Assembly: GCA_038087875.1 (NCBI GenBank)
Contig: JAXLNO010000349.1
Location: 49,413-69,412 of the forward strand
DNA length: 20,000 nt
Direction of reading: 5' to 3'
Source: Malacoraja senta
Lineage: Eukaryota
The position numbers and the translations under genes were made by a program. The notes beneath the pieces are model-generated. The model searched no databases and had not been told where the DNA came from. It was given only the letters and a program-made list of their open reading frames with translations. Below, piece after piece: positions 9,714 through 17,100 of the stretch. Position 1 is the stretch's first letter, and every line of letters begins with the position of its first letter.

Positions 9714-9984
9714 AGTGACAAGTGTAGAATCTCTTGCGGCTGCAAGGAAAAGTGCCCGGGGAGGGGGCGGTGCGGGAGGGAAGGGAAGAATTGACCGGGG
9801 AGTTACGGAGGGAGCGGTGTTTGCGGAAAGCAGACGGGGGGGGGAGATGGGAAGATGTGGCGAGTGGTGGGGTCACGTTGGAGGTGGCGAAAATGTGTTG
9901 TATGTGACGGTTAGTGGGGTGGAAGGTGAGGACTAGGGGGATTCTGCCCTTGTTACGAGTGACAAGTGTAGCATCTCTTGCGGT
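9714..9984 (-). mobile_element. Inverted Penelope-like fragment (RT-to-endonuclease linker region)
   Basis: Reverse-complement homologue of ~10853-11100. A 26-bp direct repeat lies at 9714-9739 and 9958-9983. Confidence 0.88.
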
Positions 9985-11481
9985 ACCGAACTTATTTCCA
10001 CATACCTCGACTCCATCCTATCCCCCTTGGTTAAATCCCACCCTACCTATGTTCAAGACACCTCAGACACTCTCCGTCGTCTCCGGGCATTCCATTCTCT
10101 AGGCCCCCATCCCATCATCTTCACCATGGATGTCCAGTCACTCTACACCTCCATCCCCCACCAGGAGGGTCTCAAAACCCTCTGGTTCTTCCTCGACCGG
10201 AGAACCAACCAATCCCCATCTACAGATACTCTCCTCCACCTCACGGAGCTGGTCCTTACCCTTAATAACTTTTTGTTTGACTCCTCCCATTTCCTCCAAA
10301 TACAAGGCGTAGCTATGGGCACATACATGGGCCCCAGCTATGCCTGCCTCTTTGTAGGATACGTCGAACAATCCTTGTACGAGGCGTACCAGGGCCCCAT
10401 CCCCGACCTTTACCTCCGCTACATCGACGATTGCATTGGTGCTACCTCCTGCACCCACACACAACACACTGACTTCATCCGCTTCACCACTAACTTCCAT
10501 CCGGCACTCAAATACACCTGGACCATTTCCGACACTTCCCTACCATTCCTTGACCTCACTATCTCCATCGCAGGTGATAGACTTCTGACCGACATCCACT
10601 ACAAACCTACTGACTCCCATGGCTTTCTGGACTACACTTCTTCCCACCCTGCTGCCTGTAAGGACTCCATCCCCTACTCCCAATTCCTCCGTCTACGCCG
10701 CATCTGCACCCAGGATGAGGTGTTCCACAACAGGGCATCGGAAATGTCGTAATTCTTCAGGGAACAGGGGTTCCCCTCCCCTACTATAGATGAGGCTCTC
10801 ACCAGTATCTCTTCAATACCCCGTAACACTGCTCTCTCTCCCCATCCCCCCACTTGTAACAAGGGCAGAGCCCCCCTAGTCCTCACCTTCACCCCACTAG
10901 CCGTCACATACAACAAATAGTCCTTCGTCATTTTCGCTACCTCCAACGTGACCCCACCACCTTCATATCACTTCACCTGTTGGCTTTCCGCAGAGACCGA
11001 TCCCTCCGTAACTCCCTGGTCAATTCTTCCCATCCCACCCAAACCACCCCTTCTCCGGGCACTTTCACTTGCAACCACAAGAAATGCTACACTTGTCGCT
11101 TTACCTCCCCCCTTGACTCCATTCAAGGACCCAAGCAGTCGTTCCAGGAGCGACAGAGGTTCACCTGCACCTCCTCCAACCTCATCTATCGCATCCGCTG
11201 CTCTAGATGTCAGCTGATCTACATCGGTGAGACCAAGCGTAGGCTTGGCGATCGCTTTGCCCAACACCTCCGCTCGGTCCGCATTAACCAACCTTATCTC
11301 CCGGTGGCTCACAACTTCAACTCCCCCCCCCCCCCCCCATTCTGAATCCGACCTTTCTGTCCTGGGCCTCCTCCATGGCCAGAGTGAGGACCACCGCAAA
11401 TTGGAGGAGCAGCACCTCATATTTCGCTTGGGCAGTTTGCACCCTAGCGGTATGAACATTGACTTCTCTAATTTCAGGTAG
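9985..11481 (+). pseudogene. Disrupted PLE ORF: reverse transcriptase + Cys-rich linker + GIY-YIG endonuclease
   Basis: TMDVQSLYTSIP, QGVAMGT, YLRYIDD, PFLDLTI, CNHKKCYTC, NLIYRIRCSRCQLIYIGETKRRLGDRFAQH, and C-terminal GMNIDFSNFR*. Premature TAA at 10750-10752 and frameshifts, including at the poly-C run near 11324-11338. Confidence 0.92.
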
Positions 11482-11575
11482 TCCCTACTTTTTCCTCCCA
11501 TTCTCAGCTCTCCCTCAGCCCACTGGCTTTTCCTCTTCCTTTCTTCTTCCCGCCCTCCCCCCCAACCTCACTTCA

Positions 11576-11608
11576 GTCTGAAGAAGGGTTTCGAGCCGAA
11601 ACGTTGCC
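11576..11608 (+). ncRNA. Minimal type I hammerhead ribozyme motif (PLE-associated, dimer-type)
   Basis: CTGAAGA (11578-11584), A, stem II GGGT-TTCG-AGCC (one mismatch), GAAA (11598-11601), loopless palindromic stem III ACGT. Predicted cleavage after GUU (11605). Stem I is very short. Confidence 0.6.
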
Positions 11609-11692
11609 TATTTCCTTCGCTCCATAGATGCTGCCTCACCCGCTGAGTTTCGCCAGCATTTTGTCTACCTGTCATTTTTATACCTTTTGGTT

Positions 11693-12478
11693 TCTTCGAG
11701 CCAGCACCGCCATTTATTGTGATCATGCCTAATCTTCCCCAATCACTACCCCGTTCCTGCCTTCTCCCCATATCCCCTGACTATCTTTAAGAGCCCTATC
11801 GAGCTCTCTCTTGAAAGCATCCAGAGAACCGGCCTCCACTGCCCTCTGAGGCAGAGAATTCCACAGACTCACAGCTCTCTGTGTGAAAAGGTTTCTCCTC
11901 ATCGCAGTCCGAAATGGCCACAGATTCACAACTCTCTGGGTGGAAAAGTTTCTCCTCATCTCAGTCCTAAATGGGCACAGATTCAAAACTCTCTGGGTGG
12001 AAAGGTTTCTCCTCATCTCCATTCTAAATGGCTTGCCCCTTATTCTTAAACTGTGGCCTTTGGTTCTGAACTCCCCCAACATCGGGAACATGTTTCCTGC
12101 CTCTAGCGTGTCCAAACCGTTAACAGTCTTATATGTTTCAATAAGATACCCTCTCATCCTTCTAAACTCCAGAGTGTACAAGCCCAGCCCCTCCATTCTC
12201 TCAGCATATGACAGTCCTGCTATGACGGGAATTAACCTGGTGAACCTACGCTGGGCTCCCTCAATAGCAAGAATGTCCTTCCTCAAGTTTGGAGACCAAA
12301 ACTGCACACATAACTCCAGGTGTGGTCTCACCAGGGCCCTGTACAACTGCAGAAGGACCTTTTTGCTCCAATACTCAACTCCTCTTGTTATGAAGGCCAA
12401 CATGCCATTCGCTTTCTTCACTGCCTGCTGTACCTGCATGCTTACTTTCATTGACTGATGAACAAGGACCCCCCAGAT
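11693..12478 (-). mobile_element. CR1 LINE 3' fragment with an in-frame 57-bp triplication
   Basis: [37 protein letters not shown], and three FRxxMRRNxxTQRxxxL units at 11861-12031. Confidence 0.93.
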
Positions 12479-12482
12479 CCCA

Positions 12483-12828
12483 GACATGCTGGAGGCAGGA
12501 AACATGTTCCTGATGTTGGGGGAGTCCAGAACCAGGGGCCACAGTTTAAGAATAAGGGGTAAGCCATTTAGAACGGAGACGAGGAAACACTTTTTCACCC
12601 ATAGAGGTGTGAGTCTGTGGAATTATCTGCCTCAGAGGGCGGTGGAGGCAGGTTCTCTGGATGCTTTCAAGAGAGAGCTTGATAATGCTCTTAAAGATAG
12701 CGAAGTCAGGGGATATGGGGAGAAGGCAGGAACGGGCTACTGATTGGGGATGAACAGCCATGATCACATTGAATGGCGATGCTGGCTGGAAGGGCCGAAT
12801 GGCCTACTCCTGCACCTATTGTCTATTG
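12483..12828 (+). mobile_element. CR1 LINE 3' fragment, opposite orientation, with complete 3' end
   Basis: SRTRGHSLRIRGKPFRTETRKHFFTHRGVSLWNYLP, followed by 3'UTR GGGCCGAATGGCCTACTCCTGCACCTATTGTCTATTG. Confidence 0.93.
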
Positions 12829-12997
12829 AAGTGTGTGATTCATGGACATCACCAGTTGCTGGGTGTCTTCTCTGGTGATGGTCTGCCATGCCTGCATTGC
12901 AGCCATCTTTAAGCTGATGCTTGTTTTGGGGGCTTGTCCCCTTTACTTTTCTCTTCAGCATATAAAAGGCACGTTCCATTGGGTTCAGATCGGGTGA
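12826..12997 (-). pseudogene. Tc1/mariner transposase C-terminal remnant
   Basis: Minus strand: SPDLNPMERAFYMLKRKVKGTSPQNKHQLK, then a frameshift, then MAAMQAWQTITREDTQQLVMSMNHTLQ. The SPDLNPxE motif carries the catalytic Glu of Tc1 DD34E transposases. Confidence 0.88.
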
Positions 12998-13004
12998 AAC
13001 AGCT

Positions 13005-13338
13005 CAGATGTTAAATGCAACAAATGCATCGCATTGGAATAACTTTGTACCCTCCCGCAAAGTCGAATACCGCAAATGCGTTGCATTCAAGTAATATTTT
13101 AACCCCCCCAACCCCCGCTTGGAAGTTCAATGCATTAATTGGCTTTGCACTAATCTTGCAGAACCCCACAGAAAGGTTAAATTCAACAAATGCATCGCGT
13201 TGGAATAACTTTGAACCCTCCTGCAATGTTAAATGCAGCAAATGCGTTGCATTGGTGATATTGTAACCCCCCGGGATGTGAAATGCATTAAATTCAATGC
13301 AATAATCTTGCAAAGCCCCTCAGATGTGAAATGCAACC
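13005..13338. repeat. Higher-order AT-rich minisatellite (two ~155-165-bp units, each with ~50-bp AAATGCA-rich subunits)
   Basis: CAACAAATGCATCGCATTGGAATAACTTTG vs CAACAAATGCATCGCGTTGGAATAACTTTG; GCAAATGCGTTGCATT twice; TAATCTTGCA twice. Confidence 0.85.
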
Positions 13339-13555
13339 GTGACGTCATAGATGGGACGGCGGGGGCGGGACATCCGGCCCTCTGACTGATCGGACATCCC
13401 CATTGGCGGAGAGAGACGTCGCTCAACCGGGCGGTGGGGCGGGACTTGCAGATGGCTGGAAGCGGCGGGTGATTGGAGGAGAGAGACGTCAGTCAGAGGG
13501 AGGGAGAAGGAACCCGCCCCTTGTCTCTCTCTGGTCCGCGTTGCAGACAGGAGTG
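13338..13555. promoter_or_regulatory. CpG-rich, TATA-less promoter-like module
   Basis: TGACGTCA (CRE) at 13340-13347. GGGGCGGG at 13362 and 13436, CCCGCCCC at 13513. ATTGG (reverse CCAAT) at 13402 and 13472, each followed 8 nt later by GACGTC. Confidence 0.6.
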
Positions 13556-13990
13556 AGAGAGGGAGAAGGAGAGAGAGGGTGAGATGGAGGAGTGTTGGCT
13601 GGGGGAGGGAGGGAGCGAAAGAAAATTGAGAGACAAATGAAGAATTGAGTGAAAAATTAAGAATTGAGTGAAAGAGAGGGGGAAGGTGGAAGGGAGGGAA
13701 GGAGAGGTGGATGGAGAGAGGGAGAGATAGAAAGGAGAGGGAGAGAGGAGAGGAGGGGGAGAGGAGAGGTGGAGAGAGATAGAGCGAGAGAGACAAAGGA
13801 GAGAGGGAGAGGAAAAATAGAGGAGAGGAGAGGTAGAGAGTGAAAGGAGAGGGAGAGGGAAAATAGAGGGAGAGAGAGACTGAGAGAGGGAGAGGGAAAG
13901 ATAGAGGAGGGAAGAGGGAGATTGAGACTGAGATAGAGAGAGAGACAAAGGAGAGAGGGAGAGGGAAAATAGAGGAGAGGAGAGGGAGAG
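13553..13990. repeat. GA-rich low-complexity tract, copy 1
   Basis: Purine-rich. Contains GAGATGGAGGAGTGT and AATTGAGTGAAAAAT markers shared with ~16064-16190. Confidence 0.9.
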
Positions 13991-15794
13991 AAACATAGAA
14001 ACATAGAAAAATAGGTGCGGGAGGAGGCCATTCGAGCCAACACCGCCATTCATTGCGATCATGGCTGATCGTCCCCTATCAATAACCCGTGGCTGCCTTC
14101 TCCCCATATCCCTTGACTCCACTAGCCCCTAGAGCACCATCTAACTCTCTCTTTAATCCATCCAGTGATATGGCCTCCACTGCCCTCTGTGGCAGGGAAT
14201 TCCATAAATTCACAACTCTCTGGAGAAAACGTTTTTTCTCACCTTAGTCTTAAATGACCTCCCCTTTATTCTAAGACTGTGGCCCCTGGTCTGGACTCGC
14301 CCAACATTGGGTACATTTTTCCTGCATCTAGCTTGTCCAGTCCTTTTATAATTTTATACGTGTCTATAAGATCTCCCCATCATCCTTCTAAACTCCAGTG
14401 AATACAAGCCTAGTCTTTTCAACCGTTCCTCATATGACAGTCCCGCCATCCCAGGGATCAATCTCATGAACCTACGCTGCACTGCCTCAATCACAAGGAT
14501 GTCCTTCCTCAAATTAGGAGACCAAAACTATACACAGTACTCCAGATGTGGTCTCACCAGAGCCCCATACAACTGCAGAAGAACCTCTCTACTCTGATAC
14601 TGAAATACTCTTGTTATGAAGGGCAACATTCCAATAGTTTTCTTCACTGCCTGCTGTACCTGCATGCCAACTTTTAGTGACCGTTGTACAAGGACACCCA
14701 GGTCTCGCTGTACCCCCCCTTACCTAACCTAACCCCGTTGAGATAATAATCTGCCCCCTTGTTTTTGCCACCAAAGTGGATAACCTCAAATTTATCTATA
14801 TTATACTGCATCTGCCACGCATCTGCCCACCCACTCAACCTGTCCAGCTCACCCTGCAACCTCCTAACATCCTCTTCACAGCTCACACTGCCACCCAGCT
14901 TTGTGTCATCCACAAACTTGCTAGTGTTGCTCCTAATTCCCTCTTCCAAATCATTAATATATCTGGTAAACAGTTGCGGCCCCAACACCGAGCTATATGC
15001 GGGACTCCACTCGCCACTTCCTGCCATTCTGAAAAGGACCCGTTCACTCCTACTCTTTGCTTCCGGTCTGCCAACCAATTTTCTATCCATGTCAACACCC
15101 TACCCCCAATACCATGTGCTCTAATTTTAGCTACAGTCTCCCGTGCGGGACCTTATCAAAGGCTTTCTGAAAGTCTAGATACACTACATCCACTGGCTCC
15201 CCTTCATCCATTTTACTTCTCACATCCTCAAAAATTCCAGAAGTTTAGTCAAGCATGATTTCCCTTTCATAAATCCATGTTGACTTGGACTAATCCTTTT
15301 ACTGCTATCCAAATGCCCCATTATTACCTCTTTAATAATTGACTCCAGCATCTTTCCCACCACTGACGTCAGGCTAACTGGTCTGTAATTCCCCGTTTTC
15401 TCTCTCGCCCCTTTCTTGAAAAGTGGGATAACATTAGCTATCCTCCAATCCACAGGGACTGATCCTGAATCTATTGAACATTGGAAAATGATCACCAATG
15501 CGTCCACTATTTCTTTCGCCACCTCCCTGAGGACCCTGGGATGCAGACCATCAGGCGCAGGGGATTAATCATCCTTCAGTCCCATTAGCCTACCCAATAC
15601 TATTTCTCGCCTAATGAAAATTTCTTTCAGTTCCTCTACCCCCTTAGATCCTCTGTCCTCCAGTACATCTGGAAGATTGTTTGTGTCTTCCTTAATGAAG
15701 ACAGATCCGAAGTACCTATTCAACTCTTCTGCCACTTCCTTGTTGCCCATAATAATTTCACCCGTGTCTGCCTTCAAGGGACCCACATTTGACT
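13990..15794 (-). mobile_element. CR1 (HER1-like) LINE, 5'-truncated ~1.8 kb, disrupted RT
   Basis: VPVDWRIANVIPLFKKG, NYRPVSLTSVVGKMLE, QHGFMKGKSCLT, SKFVDDTKLGG. (AGAAACAT)n tail at ~13990. Confidence 0.95.
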
Positions 15795-15795
15795 T

Positions 15796-16365
15796 TGAGA
15801 GAGACAGAGAGAGGGAGAGAGAGAAAGGAGAGAGGGAGAGGGAAAATAGAGGAGAGGGAGAGAGACACGGAGAGAAAGGAGAGGGAGAGGGAAAATAGAG
15901 GAGATGGAGAGAGAGACAGAGAGGGAAAGAGAAAGGAGAGAGGGAGAGGGAGAGGGATAGATAGAGGGCAGGGGAGGGGAGGGGAGGGGTGAGAAATGGA
16001 GAGGAGGAGAGGAGAGAGACAGAGAGAAAGAGGGGGAGATAGAGGGAGAGGGAAAGAGAGATGGAGGGGGAGAGATGGAGGAGTGTGGGCTGCGGGAGGG
16101 AGGAGGGGTGGGGGAGGGAGGGAAAGAGAGAGAGAGGGAGAAATGAACAATTGAGTGAAAAATGAAGAATTGAGTGAAAGAGGGGGAAGGAAGGGAGGGA
16201 GAGGAGAGGGAGGGAGAGGAGCGAGAGGGAAAGGTAGAGGAGAGGGGAGAGAGAGACAGAGAGAAAGGAGAGAGGAGAGGGAAAGATAGAGAGGATAGAG
16301 AAAGAGCGGGGGAGAGAGGAGAGGGAGAGGCAAAGATAGAGAGGAGAGGAGAGGGGAGAGAGAGT
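15796..16365. repeat. GA-rich low-complexity tract, copy 2
   Basis: Purine-rich and shares unique markers with ~13572-13686. Confidence 0.9.
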
Positions 16366-16428
16366 GATGAATTTTAAAGGAATTGGAGTTTTTACTTTCG
16401 GAGCAGATTTGCAAGTTTGACCCCAGCA

Positions 16429-16523
16429 TCTGAAGAAGGGTCTCAGCCCGAAACATTGCCTATTTCCTTCGCTCCATAGCTGCTGCCTCACCCGCTGAGT
16501 TTCTCCAGCATTTGTGTCTACCA
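16429..16523 (+). mobile_element. Solo Penelope terminal repeat with a hammerhead motif
   Basis: CTGAAGA (16430-16436)-A-GGGT CTCA GCCC-GAAA-CATT, followed by sequence highly similar to 11606-11670. Confidence 0.8.
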
Positions 16524-16604
16524 CCTATTAAATTCAATCGTTAGTTAACGTCAGAGTGGTGGCGTTCGTGCGTGCGCGTGTGGAGGGCGTGTGTGTGTGC
16601 GGGC

Positions 16605-16790
16605 ACACAATATACCAGGTGTGGTCTCACCAGGGCCCTGTACAACTGCAGAAGGACCTCTTTGCTCCTAGACTCAACTCCTCTTGTTATAAAGGCCAAC
16701 AGGCCAAAACTGCACACAATACTCAAGGTGTGGTCTCACGAGGGCTCTGTACAACTGCAGAAGGACCTCTTTGCTCCAATACTCAACTCT
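16605..16790 (-). mobile_element. Two tandem short CR1 ORF2 fragments of the same segment
   Basis: GGTGTGGTCTCACxAGGGCxCTGTACAACTGCAGAAGGACCTCTTTGCTCC occurs twice (~16618 and ~16727) and is homologous to ~12319-12370. Confidence 0.85.
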
Positions 16791-16884
16791 TTCTCTGTGT
16801 TATTTAGTGGCCTTTCCAAATAAAATGAAAACATCTTTTACACTTTGTGGACAACTCGATGTTTGAAATATGTTCTTCAACCAG

Positions 16885-16970
16885 TTTAGTCTAGTTTAGT
16901 TTGGAGATACAGCACGGAAACAGCCCTTCGGCCCCACCGAGTCCGTGCCGACCAGCGATCCCAGCACACT
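16885..16970 (-). mobile_element. HE1-like SINE / CR1-type 3' tail fragment
   Basis: (TTTAG)n-like tail, then GGAAACAGCCCTTCGGCCC...CCGACCAGCGATC, a reverse homologue of ~6945-6990. Confidence 0.75.
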
Positions 16971-17100
16971 TTGAAAATGACGGCCGTAAGTGGTGGCATG
17001 TTTTCGGAAATCACGAAACAGAAAGTCAGAAAGTGATCAAGATCTTAGTTTTAGTAATATAGATGACAGTATAATTCTCCCCCCTCTCTATCTCTCTCCC

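Larger units (their letters stand above)
9985..11670 (+). mobile_element. Penelope-like retroelement (Neptune-type), 5'-truncated
   Basis: RT and GIY-YIG coding remnant, followed by a pyrimidine-rich 3' region and a terminal repeat with a hammerhead motif. Confidence 0.92.

Noticed and set aside
13328..13410. MHC-type X1-X2-Y module (GCAACCGTGACGTCA)
   Set aside because: The nearest ATTGG is ~55 bp past the CRE, far from the constrained X2-Y spacing, and no MHC exons are visible.
13320..16524. Leu/Ser/Pro-rich and Glu/Arg/Gly-rich ORFs
   Set aside because: They are translations of GA-rich low-complexity tracts, partly fused to CR1 sequence.
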